This document shows positions 7,296 through 17,619 of a stretch of 37,403 bases of DNA, piece after piece (the first letter of the stretch is position 1; the number at the start of each line of letters is the position of its first letter). A program made the translations under genes and the position numbers. Under the pieces are notes generated by a model. The model was not told the origin of the DNA. It searched no databases and saw only the letters and a list, made by a program, of their open reading frames with translations. The stretch comes from an uncultured virus (IMG/VR IMGVR_UViG_2687453420_000004) (lineage: Duplodnaviria > Heunggongvirae > Uroviricota > Caudoviricetes): the IMG/VR virus record IMGVR_UViG_2687453420_000004. One strand, given 5' to 3'.

Positions 7296-8659
7296 TATAC
7301 TACCTCCTCTATTGTTAATAGTTTATCTCCTACTTTTATTGAATCCCCCACATTTAGTTTCTCCCCGACTAGTTCAATTGTATCTGAATTGGTTACGCCT
7401 TGATATACTGTTTGCTGAACTTCTGGACTTCCGAAATCCACTGTAGTATCTGCTTTGTTGTAAGTTGCTGTAGTAGATTCTATATATTCATCTGTCTCAA
7501 ATGTATCAAAGAATCCTATTCCTGACTTGTTTATAAAATCTACTGCTAGTTTCTCTTTTAGTTTAAGTTTAATATCTATTATTTCTTCTCTAGCATGTTG
7601 GTCATTTGCATTTAAAGTATTAAATTTATTATTAATATCGGTTACGTTATATGTTATAAATCCATCTGTTATAGATTCAGCTTTATCAACTATACCATTA
7701 TTATTTTGGTCATAGGTGTCTGTATGCATGTTTCCGCTGCCCAATCCATCTTTACCTTTTTTAGCTATAAGAATCCAGTATTCTTTATTAACTGGGTATA
7801 TGTTAGTACAATCTTTTAAACATTCACAACAACTACCATTATAAACAACTCTATTGTATTTTTTATATTCTTTAGTTAAATCAAATTCTTCGCATATAGA
7901 AAAATCATCAATAGTATTTTTTATTTCTGTATATCCTTGCTGCCTATCTGTTTCATTTACCTTTCTTTCTTCTTCCGCATCTACTCTTTCAGATTCTTTA
8001 GCAATTCTATTTTCTTCATTCTCTTTTCTCTGGTTTTCATTTTCTAGCCTAGTTTTTTCATTTTCAACCCTTTGATTTTCATTTGCTTCTCTTCCTGCTT
8101 CATTTTCTACTCTAATGTTTTCACTATCTACTCTTTTAATTTCTTCTAGTTTCCTGTTTTCTTCACTTTCTACTCTAGCATTTTCAACATTTTTTCTATT
8201 ATCTTCATTTTTTACTCTTTCATTTTCTGCTCTTATTCTTTTATCTTCTTCAACCCAAATGCTCTGTATTAAATCCAAATCTTCTTTATCTATATAGTCA
8301 TTTCGATAAACACTAGAATCTACAAACATAGAAAATGTTGCACTTGTTATTTTTCTATTATCTTTATCAAAAATACTTAAATCTGCTTTAATTTCTCCTA
8401 TACTTTCTAATGCTTTAGTAAGTATATTTATTTTTACTTCCCCATCTGTAGCATTTGTTATATCTGCCATTTGGAGAAATATTTTATTGTCTGGTCTTTT
8501 ATAATTTATTCTTATGGTTGTTCCAGTTAAATCAAAAGGGACACTATTCTGCACTAAAATAATATTTAATACAGAATTATTGTCCCCCTGTTTTAATCCT
8601 CTTACAGCATTGAAACCTGTTCGTTTTGTATCTATAAGTAAATTAAACGGTTTATCCAT
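7295..8659 (-). CDS. BppU-like baseplate upper protein with heptad-repeat stalk
   Basis: KQGDNNS...INYKRPD N-terminal domain followed by E..R heptad repeats. Confidence 0.8.
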   Translation of the reverse strand: MDKPFNLLIDTKRTGFNAVRGLKQGDNNSVLNIILVQNSVPFDLTGTTIRINYKRPDNKIFLQMADITNATDGEVKINILTKALESIGEIKADLSIFDKDNRKITSATFSMFVDSSVYRNDYIDKEDLDLIQSIWVEEDKRIRAENERVKNEDNRKNVENARVESEENRKLEEIKRVDSENIRVENEAGREANENQRVENEKTRLENENQRKENEENRIAKESERVDAEEERKVNETDRQQGYTEIKNTIDDFSICEEFDLTKEYKKYNRVVYNGSCCECLKDCTNIYPVNKEYWILIAKKGKDGLGSGNMHTDTYDQNNNGIVDKAESITDGFITYNVTDINNKFNTLNANDQHAREEIIDIKLKLKEKLAVDFINKSGIGFFDTFETDEYIESTTATYNKADTTVDFGSPEVQQTVYQGVTNSDTIELVGEKLNVGDSIKVGDKLLTIEEVV

Positions 8660-8674
8660 ATAATCACTCCTTTC

Positions 8675-10348
8675 TTATAATACTTTTACCCCATCTTTAT
8701 ACAGCCCATCTTTTTTAAAAGTCCAATAAGCGTGTGAACCGCCACCACCTGAAAAAAATAAACTTATAGCTTCGTTGTTACCATCCGCACAAACATAGCA
8801 GTATCTATTTGCACGTAACCTTATAAAGTTATCTCTGTTTTGCCCCGAACTATCTCTAGTATCTATACTTGTACCATTACTAAAATTTATTACTCCGTTA
8901 TTTGGTATTAAATTTATAGTGTCAGCTAACATATTAATAGAACTGCTATCATTAGCTATGGCTAAAGCAATTTGTGCAGCCTTTATACTTCCTCCACCAT
9001 CTACAACCAAATTTATTTTATCTGCCTGTTGTTCAATTTTACTATTCACGTTTGATATTTGATTATTAACTGTAAATGTTATTGTTTCTGCTGTTTGCTC
9101 AATCTTACTATTTAAACTTCTATTAACATCATTAACTTCTGTCATTATATGCTTTTCAGTTATCTCCAACTTACTAGACAGGCTTTTATCTAAATTGGAA
9201 ACTTCCATTTCTATTTTTTCTTTAGTGAATTCTATATCAGCAACAGTCTGCTTTATCTGTAAAGTTAAATCTTTTTTTCTCATACCCATTTCTATTTTTA
9301 TATATTTTTTTAATAAACAGTCATAATCATAGGCTATCATTCTTCCCTTTAGATCCAATCCTAGTTCCTCATGTCTAATTGTTACAGTATCACCAAGATT
9401 AATCTTTTCTAAGTTCTTATATTGTTTATATTCTTCCGTTTTTCCTAACTCTTCAAACTCCACCTCATAATTGAAAAAAGGTATGTCAATTTTAGTCTCA
9501 GAAAATAGTCTTTGTGTTTGCTTTCTCATTTCTGCATAAGCTTCTTCCTTAGTTTCAAAGCCCTCACTATCTTCATCCTCTAAAGCTTCCTCACCTTCTA
9601 AATTTTTTTCTTTTACCTTTATATCTTCAAATTTCACATGAGCTATTAAAGGTTGATAATAAGCTCCAATATTAGGACTATCAATATAATACTCTGGTAA
9701 TAATAATTCATTGTACCCTTGTGGTATTATTCTAGTTGCAACCTCTTTCATATCAAGTGTTTCATGTATGCCTAATAAGTTTTTTCTATATGCAATTAAT
9801 ACTCCTGTATCCTTTCCTATTTTTTCTTTAGCTATTATTTTATAGTTATCAAAATCAAGTTCTAAACCCCATCTATTTCTTACAGTATTATCATTATCTC
9901 CAATAAGAGCTTCTACAGGATTTTCTCTTACTAGTCTACAGTTATTTTGTCTTCCACCTTCTTCACTTTCTAGAGTAAAATTGTGTGGATTTAAAGTTTT
10001 ATCTAATACCTGTTGCACTGCCTGTATTCTTGTTTTTCCAACTATATTAGTATCAGCTATAAAATTTTTAGCTAAATCAAAGAAAATATGTGTAGCATAC
10101 ACTCTAACTACACTTAAATCCCTCTCTCTTTCTTGTATTCTGAAAAGTTGTTCGCCTTGAGGTGTAGGTGCTTTAATTATCATATGCTTTTCTATCTTAT
10201 CGCCCATTTTAGAAAATATAGGGTATTCCAATTCTAAAGAAAAAAGACCATTTATTTCCCTGTGTAATTCACATTGTAAACAGTCTTTTAATATTCCTAT
10301 TCCATTATGAGTAAAGTTAGTTTCTACTTCTTTATATAAAGTAATCAT
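8675..10348 (-). CDS. Tail-associated endopeptidase/spike (Tal-type) protein
   Basis: NGIGIL...EINGLFSLELEYP, QLFRI, ATRIIPQG and LGDTVTI motifs; start placed after the GGAGGTG RBS. Confidence 0.9.
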   Translation of the reverse strand: MITLYKEVETNFTHNGIGILKDCLQCELHREINGLFSLELEYPIFSKMGDKIEKHMIIKAPTPQGEQLFRIQERERDLSVVRVYATHIFFDLAKNFIADTNIVGKTRIQAVQQVLDKTLNPHNFTLESEEGGRQNNCRLVRENPVEALIGDNDNTVRNRWGLELDFDNYKIIAKEKIGKDTGVLIAYRKNLLGIHETLDMKEVATRIIPQGYNELLLPEYYIDSPNIGAYYQPLIAHVKFEDIKVKEKNLEGEEALEDEDSEGFETKEEAYAEMRKQTQRLFSETKIDIPFFNYEVEFEELGKTEEYKQYKNLEKINLGDTVTIRHEELGLDLKGRMIAYDYDCLLKKYIKIEMGMRKKDLTLQIKQTVADIEFTKEKIEMEVSNLDKSLSSKLEITEKHIMTEVNDVNRSLNSKIEQTAETITFTVNNQISNVNSKIEQQADKINLVVDGGGSIKAAQIALAIANDSSSINMLADTINLIPNNGVINFSNGTSIDTRDSSGQNRDNFIRLRANRYCYVCADGNNEAISLFFSGGGGSHAYWTFKKDGLYKDGVKVL

Positions 10349-10350
10349 TT

Positions 10351-11052
10351 TTATAAGCACCTCCAATGAGGTATAATTTCTATTTTATTAATGTTACCTG
10401 TCCAACTTATTTTATTTTCTCCCACTTTTAAAATTGGGAATTCTCCATACATATGATTATTTAACGCTTCATCATTCTTATAACATTCCATAATTTCAGA
10501 ATCTAATTCTATATAACTATTAATATTTTTTAATTTAATAACTTCATCATTTATATTTAAAGTTATATCTCCTGACCCAAATATTTTTAAATATGGTTGA
10601 CTTTCAAAAGTTCCTTCATTATATATGGAAATTGGTTTATCTATAATTAAAAGCTCTTCATCTATATATCCAAATGGATCACATGTAAAAAGTACCGTAA
10701 ACTTTCCTAAGCTCTTTATACTTCTTTCAATATTATCTATCTTCACATTTTTAACTTTGTAATATGTTTCAATATCATCAGAAAGATATAACTTGTAATC
10801 TTTTATCTTATCTAATAACCACATTTTTATTTGCCTGCATTTATTATTTATATTAACTTTATCTTGAAAACCAAATGTAATAGAGATACCTATATCCTCA
10901 TAACTTCCCAGGTCCTCTGTTAATGTCCCATTTTTACCTGGTATATAAATATTTTTAATATTTCTTTCAGGGGCAGGAATATTGGGTCTATGTTCTACAA
11001 CTAATCCTAGATCCTTATAAGAATTATAATTATTAAACTGTATACTAAACAT
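10351..11052 (-). CDS. Distal tail protein (Dit)
   Basis: IPGKNG, FTCDPF and GENKISWTG motifs; directly after the tape measure gene. Confidence 0.9.
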   Translation of the reverse strand: MFSIQFNNYNSYKDLGLVVEHRPNIPAPERNIKNIYIPGKNGTLTEDLGSYEDIGISITFGFQDKVNINNKCRQIKMWLLDKIKDYKLYLSDDIETYYKVKNVKIDNIERSIKSLGKFTVLFTCDPFGYIDEELLIIDKPISIYNEGTFESQPYLKIFGSGDITLNINDEVIKLKNINSYIELDSEIMECYKNDEALNNHMYGEFPILKVGENKISWTGNINKIEIIPHWRCL

Positions 11053-14000
11053 ATCCTAATCCCCCTCTCCTATTTAACTTTCCCAATTCCTCTGACATTG
11101 GTTTCGCTGTTACTCTTGCAATTTCTCTACTATCCAAATTAACTGGAACTATAATAGTCTGATCTTGCCTACCTGCTGTTAACCCTTTAAAATTTTTTAA
11201 TACACTATTAGCTACTTTAGATGCTACATTTTCAGCTGTCTTAATAACTAAATCTTCGCTAGCATCATGGTTATAGATTCGACTTCCCCTTGGTAGATCA
11301 TAAAGTTCATAATTATTATTTTTCCCTGGTGCATCATGTAGATATGTTAATCCACCTGTGAAATATTTATCCCCTGTCCATCTACGCGGTATATATGTAG
11401 GTGTGTTAGGGTGTAATACTTGTTGAACTACACTAGCAATAAAAGGATGGTTACTTAACCAACTTTGTGCGTTAGAATGTGCGTCATGTATCCAATTAAA
11501 TAAATTATAATTTGTCTTAGCCTGTGCTTCTATCGCACGCTTCCATATTCCTTCTTTTACACGATCGTAACTATCACCAATTGGCTTAAATTTTTGTCCA
11601 TTTTTCAATTCCTGATCTATTTTTTCTTGCGCCTTTATAGGATTCCCATAAATTTTATTTGTTCCCCTATCCCATGCTCCAACTATTTGTCCAGTACTTT
11701 TATCAACTTCTACATAACACTCTCTCATTTTCCCAGTTGTAGTATCTTTGATTTTGTAGTATCCAGTTTTAGTAATACCTAAAAATCCCTCCATTTTAGA
11801 ACCATACTCTAATAATTCCGCCTGTTTTTGTTGCTGTTCTTTGGTTAGCATTGTTCCGTGTTGCATATCTATATAGTTTATTAGTTGCGGATATTTTTCT
11901 ATTGCGGCATCTAAATAGCCTTTATATTTTTCATTTTCCACACCTATTTCTTTATTCTTTGCTGTCTCTAACTGTTCTATTTTTATGTCAATTGCCTTTT
12001 TAGTTTCACTATCTACATTAATCGAATTTAGTTTTAATAGCTCAATTTGTTTATCATAGTTTTCTTTTATTTTCTTTACTTCTGTATCCCTAGCTTTTGC
12101 CTTTGATTCCATTAATTTTGAAAGACCGTTCATATCTAAGTTTTTCATACGCACATTAAAATCAGCTTGTGCTGCCATTAATTCTTCTTTTGATTTAACA
12201 GTATTCTTTAATTCTATATTTCCAATTTCTTTAGTTAATTTATCAACCTCAGCTAAAGTTGTTTTTTTAGCTTCCCCAGTTTGTTTACCTGCTTTTTTCT
12301 CTAGTTCTAAAATTTTAGATTTAATATCGTTAACCTTTTTTATTTGCTCTTGGCCATTTTTATTTATTGAAGCCAAAATCTTTTTTTCATTTTCGTCGAT
12401 TTTACCATCTGCAGCAAATCCATCAGCTAAAGTTTTTTGTAGTTCCGGTTGTTTCTCCTTAATTTTTTTAATGGCACTATTGCAAATATCATCTAGTTTT
12501 GTTTTTAATCTTATTCCAGCCTCACTATCTACCAAATTATCAATTTTTTCAGCATTCTTTAGCTCCATACTATAATCTGCTATTTTATTTGCACATTGAT
12601 CTAGGGACTTTTGGGTATCTTTAGAAACTTTATTACTCCATTCCTTATGTTTAACATTCATTTCTTCTAATTCTTTATTAGTGTGAATAACATGTCCATT
12701 TAATCCTGCCATTGCAGTTTCCATAGTTCCCATATCTTCTGCACTCTTTACACAGCTATCATTTAGATATTGTGTGTTTTTATGTGCTAAATAAACAGCT
12801 CCTCCAACTGCGGCTATAACACCAATAACTGGCAATGCTATTGAACCTAATCCTGCCAATCCAGCACTAGCTGCTCCAGTTGCACTTGTTGCCGCTACAC
12901 CAGCTGTAGCAGTCGCTGCTTCCACTCCTTTTGTAGCAAGCGTTATCTTACCTATTATTCCAGTTACTTTACTTCCAACACTTAAAATACTTCCAAATCC
13001 AGTTGCTAATTTTCCTACACCTACTATAGCAGGGCCTGTAACAACTGCAAACATACCAAATTTAGCTATCATGTTTTGTGTTTCAGGGCTTAATGCTGCA
13101 AATCTTCTTGTTAATTCTGTTATTTTGTCAGCTATATCTCGTATAGTTGGTGCTAATGCACTTCCCATGCTTATCATTGCACCTTCTGCGGCGGATTTAA
13201 GGCTTCTCATGCTTCCGCCTAAATTATCTTCCATTGTTTTAGCTGCTTTTGCTGCACTTCCATCTGCATTTTTTAATTCACCAGAATATGCTCTTACGCT
13301 GTTTCCGCCTTCCTTTAAAAGAGCATTCATACCGGAAACGGCTTCTTGTCCAAATAATGTTACAAGTGTATTCATTTTTTGCTCTTCTGTTAAATTAGAT
13401 GTACCTTTTTTAACTTCGTCTAAAACTTCTGGTAAAGACTTCATTTTGCCTTTTGTATCAAATATCTTTATACCTAATTCGTCCATTTTTTCAGCTGCAT
13501 CTTTAGAAGGTTTAACAAGTCTAGAAATAGCGCCACGTAAAACTGTACCACTCTGGCTACCTTTAATTCCATAGTTAGACATAAGACCTATTGCAGCAGT
13601 AGTATCCTCTATGCTCCAGCCTGCTGTATTCGCCATAGCACCAGCATATTTCATACTCTCTGCTAAATCTCCAACACCTAAGTTAGCTTTATTGGCTCCA
13701 AGACTTAATACGTCAGCTACATGTGCTGCGTTTTCTGTTTTAATTCCAAACTGTGACATACTGGACACTAATACATCAGTACTTTGTGTTAAATCAATAG
13801 CTCCTGCCTGTGCCAAATTTAACACTGCTGGAGTAGTATTTAAAATTTGATTTGTAGAATATCCAGCTTGTCCGAGCATAACCATAGAATCACTTGCTTC
13901 TTTAGCGCTATAACGTGTTTGTATTCCCATGTCTTTAGCAGCTTTATCAAGTTTCCCCATATCTTCTGCACTGGAATTAGTTATAGCTTTCAATTGGCTC

Positions 14001-14884
14001 ATACTATCGTCATAATCTGCGGTAGTTTTTAATGCAATTGCACCTAATCCAGCAAGTGGTACTGATACTTTTGTAGTTATACTTTTCCCTACATCAGTTA
14101 TCTTTTGTCCTGTATCCTTTAACTTTTTAGAATGTTCTCCTAGTTTTTCACTTGCTTGAACCCATTTATTGTTTTGCTTATCTAATTCTTCATTTATCTT
14201 TTTTAGTTCTCCCTGTGCTTTATTCATCTGGGATTGTGCTTTATTTAGATTAGTATCATACTGTTGTATTTTTTTTGCATTACTATCTATTGCTTTTTCA
14301 TTTTTTTCATACTCTTTTGTTGTTTTGTCAACTTCTGTTTTAGCTTTTTCATATGCTTTTATTTCTTTTTCTTTCCCCGCTGTAAGTTTTTTTTGCTCAT
14401 TTTCTAGCTTACTAATCTGTTCTTTTAATTTATTAGCTTCTGTACTATTTTCTCCATATCTTTTTTTAGCTGTTTCATATTCTTTATTTAATTTTGATAA
14501 CTCTTCTTTATTTTTTATATATCCTTGTAGCTCTTTCCCATGAGTGTCTATAACTTTTTTTAACTGGCTCTCTGCTTTAGATAAATTATCTTTTAACTTA
14601 TCTCTAACTTTTATATTATCTTCTAGCTTAGATTTAGTTTTTTCTATAGACTGTGTATATATGCCTACTTTTTTGGAATGTAACTCTACCTGTTTAGAAA
14701 GTGCCTCCTGTACAGATTTTAGTTTTTCGCTATCCTTCCCAAACGCTTGTATACCGCTAGACGCTAATTTCATCTGGGATTGTGCATTTTTTAATTCTGC
14801 ATTTACACCTTTAAGAGAGCTATTAAATCCGCTGCTATCTAATACCATTTTTGCGGTTATACGTTTCTCTGTATTACTAGCCAT
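11045..14884 (-). CDS. Tail tape measure protein (TP901-type core)
   Basis: 1279 aa with a coiled-coil N-terminus and GIKGSQSGTVLR and LFGQEA motifs. Confidence 0.95.
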   Translation of the reverse strand: MASNTEKRITAKMVLDSSGFNSSLKGVNAELKNAQSQMKLASSGIQAFGKDSEKLKSVQEALSKQVELHSKKVGIYTQSIEKTKSKLEDNIKVRDKLKDNLSKAESQLKKVIDTHGKELQGYIKNKEELSKLNKEYETAKKRYGENSTEANKLKEQISKLENEQKKLTAGKEKEIKAYEKAKTEVDKTTKEYEKNEKAIDSNAKKIQQYDTNLNKAQSQMNKAQGELKKINEELDKQNNKWVQASEKLGEHSKKLKDTGQKITDVGKSITTKVSVPLAGLGAIALKTTADYDDSMSQLKAITNSSAEDMGKLDKAAKDMGIQTRYSAKEASDSMVMLGQAGYSTNQILNTTPAVLNLAQAGAIDLTQSTDVLVSSMSQFGIKTENAAHVADVLSLGANKANLGVGDLAESMKYAGAMANTAGWSIEDTTAAIGLMSNYGIKGSQSGTVLRGAISRLVKPSKDAAEKMDELGIKIFDTKGKMKSLPEVLDEVKKGTSNLTEEQKMNTLVTLFGQEAVSGMNALLKEGGNSVRAYSGELKNADGSAAKAAKTMEDNLGGSMRSLKSAAEGAMISMGSALAPTIRDIADKITELTRRFAALSPETQNMIAKFGMFAVVTGPAIVGVGKLATGFGSILSVGSKVTGIIGKITLATKGVEAATATAGVAATSATGAASAGLAGLGSIALPVIGVIAAVGGAVYLAHKNTQYLNDSCVKSAEDMGTMETAMAGLNGHVIHTNKELEEMNVKHKEWSNKVSKDTQKSLDQCANKIADYSMELKNAEKIDNLVDSEAGIRLKTKLDDICNSAIKKIKEKQPELQKTLADGFAADGKIDENEKKILASINKNGQEQIKKVNDIKSKILELEKKAGKQTGEAKKTTLAEVDKLTKEIGNIELKNTVKSKEELMAAQADFNVRMKNLDMNGLSKLMESKAKARDTEVKKIKENYDKQIELLKLNSINVDSETKKAIDIKIEQLETAKNKEIGVENEKYKGYLDAAIEKYPQLINYIDMQHGTMLTKEQQQKQAELLEYGSKMEGFLGITKTGYYKIKDTTTGKMRECYVEVDKSTGQIVGAWDRGTNKIYGNPIKAQEKIDQELKNGQKFKPIGDSYDRVKEGIWKRAIEAQAKTNYNLFNWIHDAHSNAQSWLSNHPFIASVVQQVLHPNTPTYIPRRWTGDKYFTGGLTYLHDAPGKNNNYELYDLPRGSRIYNHDASEDLVIKTAENVASKVANSVLKNFKGLTAGRQDQTIIVPVNLDSREIARVTAKPMSEELGKLNRRGGLGYV

Positions 14885-14941
14885 TTTCTACCTCCTTTCT
14901 AAATTTTTATATAAAAAAAGACACTCTATTGAGTGCCTAGC

Positions 14942-15190
14942 TTATAGAAATGGTATATCCTCTATATTTACTCTTTTGTAATTTACATCATTTGTAGAGT
15001 TATTTTCTTCTTTATTGTTTTTAATTTCCCAACCATTAAACTTAATATGTGATTTCCACATATTATAGAGTTCCTTATGTGTACTATCCCAAAATTCTTC
15101 TTTTGTGTAATTTAAATGTACTTTTGCTATATAAAAAAGCCAGTCAAAGTCTATTAAATAATCATCAATAGTCCTTAACTGGTCTTTTAG
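14942..15190 (-). CDS. -1 frameshift extension of the tail assembly chaperone (gpGT-like)
   Basis: Start-less open frame LKDQLRTIDDYLIDFDWLFYIAKVHLNYTKEEFWDST...EDIPFL entered at the slippery site A AAA AAC (15190-15196). Confidence 0.85.
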   Translation of the reverse strand, partial: LKDQLRTIDDYLIDFDWLFYIAKVHLNYTKEEFWDSTHKELYNMWKSHIKFNGWEIKNNKEENNSTNDVNYKRVNIEDIPFL

Positions 15191-15564
15191 TTTTTTTCTT
15201 TTTTATCTTCTTTATCTTCTGTTTGATTCATTCCCATGTAATCTAAGTATAAATCTACGGATAAGTTTGTAATTTCTTGATATTGTTGTCCTGTTATAAT
15301 ATCTTCTAATTCTTCTATATTCCATTCTTTTATTTTTTCTTCATATTTATTTTCTTCTTTATTTACAAGTACTTTTTCTTTATCTACACAACACATAGAT
15401 ACTAATTTTAAAGCATTTGTGTAGAATTGTTGTCCTTCCATTAATCCATAGATAACAGAACCATAGTTACCATACTTTTCATCTATTTTACGAATTGTTT
15501 TATTTGTCATTTTAAAAGAGTATTTTTTATCACCTATTTTTTGTTTTCTTATTTTATCCAACAT
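15187..15564 (-). CDS. Tail assembly chaperone (gpG-like)
   Basis: Between the major tail and tape measure genes; ends EKN-stop at the slippery site. Confidence 0.85.
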   Translation of the reverse strand: MLDKIRKQKIGDKKYSFKMTNKTIRKIDEKYGNYGSVIYGLMEGQQFYTNALKLVSMCCVDKEKVLVNKEENKYEEKIKEWNIEELEDIITGQQYQEITNLSVDLYLDYMGMNQTEDKEDKKEKN

Positions 15565-15595
15565 ATTATCCAGTCCTTTCATCAACAAAATAATA

Positions 15596-15616
15596 AGGGT
15601 AGTATTTGACTACCCT
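15596..15616 (-). terminator. Hairpin after major tail gene
   Basis: AGGGTAGT-5 nt-ACTACCCT. Confidence 0.6.
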
Positions 15617-15621
15617 ATAAA

Positions 15622-16230
15622 TTAAGCTTCCTCACTTTTTTTATTTTCTACTTCCTCATCCACTTTTGGGGTTGGTATTATTACTTCTTTAAAGAATTTT
15701 TCATCTGTCATTCCATCTTCTTCGTCTACTTTCCAATTCCACATCTCATTACTTCTTAGAGGTGCAAATGTGCCCTTTAATTTTTTTGTTTGGAAATTAG
15801 CCTTTCCTTCTTTACCTTTATAACTTTCATCACTTATAGAAAATGTTCCTTTGTACATTATTCCATATCTGGCTTTATTATTACCTTTCATTGCCTTATA
15901 TAATAATGCAACTTCTGGCGCTTCATCATTGGAACTTCTTATAATCCCACCCTCAGCTGCCAATTTATGGCCTAATAGAAATGCTTCCTCTTCTTTTTTT
16001 AAATCTGTAATATCTATTTCTACATCTATATTAGCTAGTGTACTTTCGCTAATCCACAAAATACCTTCTGCATAAAAGTCATCACTATTAACTTTGGGTT
16101 TTAACCCTAACTCTTTTACCCCTTCAAAATATCGTGGCATATCAAAAGTTGTGGTTAACCTATCTGTTAAAACTTTAGCCACATATAACTTTTTCAAGTC
16201 TACTATCGGAACTACTTTTTCTTCTGACAT
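15622..16230 (-). CDS. Major tail protein (phi13 family)
   Basis: LKKLYVA, DFYAEG, LLGH, APEVAL and YKGTF motifs. Confidence 0.9.
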   Translation of the reverse strand: MSEEKVVPIVDLKKLYVAKVLTDRLTTTFDMPRYFEGVKELGLKPKVNSDDFYAEGILWISESTLANIDVEIDITDLKKEEEAFLLGHKLAAEGGIIRSSNDEAPEVALLYKAMKGNNKARYGIMYKGTFSISDESYKGKEGKANFQTKKLKGTFAPLRSNEMWNWKVDEEDGMTDEKFFKEVIIPTPKVDEEVENKKSEEA

Positions 16231-16274
16231 ATATTATCCCATCCTTTTTAATTTATTTTTTACACTAAAAAAGA

Positions 16275-16636
16275 CTAGCCTTTGCTAGTCGGTAAATCTA
16301 TATTGAAACGCATTGCCTTGTGATTTAATTTAGTTTCTTTTTCATATAGATCCGCTGCCATATCCCTGTTAAATCCATTTTGTATCATTATTTTTTTACT
16401 ACCTCTTCACATTCTGTATAATCTCCAGTAGAAAATATATCTACCTGGGCCACATAAGTAGTATAATCTTCTTTCCCTTCGGAATAATCTGCACCATATT
16501 CATTTATAATCTCATACTCTAAATACATGCTTTTATTAGGATTATTTGTATGGAGAAAATATACTTTTTTATCTGGTAACAGATCTAATATCTCCTTACT
16601 ATTTAATACTTTTAAAAGGTATTGCTTTATGTTCAC
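16275..16636 (-). pseudogene. Tail completion/terminator protein with a frameshift in an A7 run
   Basis: Frame 0 stops at EEVVKK. The -1 frame continues IMIQNGFNRDMAADLYEKETKLNHKAMRF..., the expected C-terminus. Confidence 0.75.
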
Positions 16637-16643
16637 ATATAAT

Positions 16644-17003
16644 CTACCTCACTTTGTCTAATAATTCTTTAGCTAATATACTTAATGCTTTATCTTCTGT
16701 GTTCTTAACACTTCTATCAAAATATCCTATATTGTGCTTGGCCATACTTGTGCCAAATTCTTCAAAGATATCATAAAATTCTTTTGTTTTAACTTCTCCA
16801 ACTGTTGCTAATCCTTCTTTTTTAACTTTTTCTTTTACTTTGGCTAATTTACCACTTCTTTTAGTTGTATTCTTCTCAATCTCATCAGCTATAGGTTTTA
16901 TAGCTTCTCTTACAGCCTTTTTCTCGTCAGCTTCATCTATGGTCATGTGTTGTAACATATCAGTGAATTCTTCCATACCCTCAATTTCTATTCCATCAGC
17001 CAT
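16644..17003 (-). CDS. HK97 gp10-family tail component
   Basis: IEIEGMEE, RSGKL and FEEFGTS motifs; synteny. Confidence 0.88.
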   Translation of the reverse strand: MADGIEIEGMEEFTDMLQHMTIDEADEKKAVREAIKPIADEIEKNTTKRSGKLAKVKEKVKKEGLATVGEVKTKEFYDIFEEFGTSMAKHNIGYFDRSVKNTEDKALSILAKELLDKVR

Positions 17004-17007
17004 TAAA

Positions 17008-17247
17008 TCACCAAATAATAAGTTTCTCATTATTATTTATATTGGTAGCAAGTTTGTATCCTAAAGATTTAATTTCCTCTTTTATTTTTTCAGGGATATA
17101 AAAATTCACATGTAGTTTTCTATCACCATTTTCACAAGCTTGTTTAATTTTATTATTTATTTTTCTTCTTATACATTCAAAACAATATTCCTCAGCTTCT
17201 CTAGCACTATTCATTATTAATTTATTATCAATATATTTATCCCACAT
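17008..17247 (-). CDS. Hypothetical protein inserted in the head-tail joining operon
   Basis: 79-aa ORF abutting both neighbours; preceded by GAGGTG. Confidence 0.65.
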   Translation of the reverse strand: MWDKYIDNKLIMNSAREAEEYCFECIRRKINNKIKQACENGDRKLHVNFYIPEKIKEEIKSLGYKLATNINNNEKLIIW

Positions 17248-17619
17248 TTATATCACCTCAATAGCCTTTATCTTAAGCCATTTATTTTTATATTGTATAT
17301 TATCTATAAAAGTAATATTAAAATATCTATATTTATCTTTTTCTTTTATTGCATTTTTATCTTTTATAGTTTTGATTCTATATTCTTTAGTATTTATATT
17401 TTTTAAATCTTTAGAATATCTAACTATAAATTCTACTGTATTTTCTGCTTGGACTGCTTTTGCTGCATAAAATTCTTTTCCCCAAAGATTATTCATAGAT
17501 GCCCGAACAGCTTTATAATCTATCCATCCTTCTATATCAAATCCATTTTCATTCTGGTTTATAATATACTTTTGTATAACTATCCTTTTATTTAAATCTC
17601 CTATATTAACCTTAAACAT
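17248..17619 (-). CDS. Head closure protein (SPP1 gp16-like)
   Basis: GDLNKRI, GKEFYAA and FIVRY motifs. Confidence 0.9.
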   Translation of the reverse strand: MFKVNIGDLNKRIVIQKYIINQNENGFDIEGWIDYKAVRASMNNLWGKEFYAAKAVQAENTVEFIVRYSKDLKNINTKEYRIKTIKDKNAIKEKDKYRYFNITFIDNIQYKNKWLKIKAIEVI

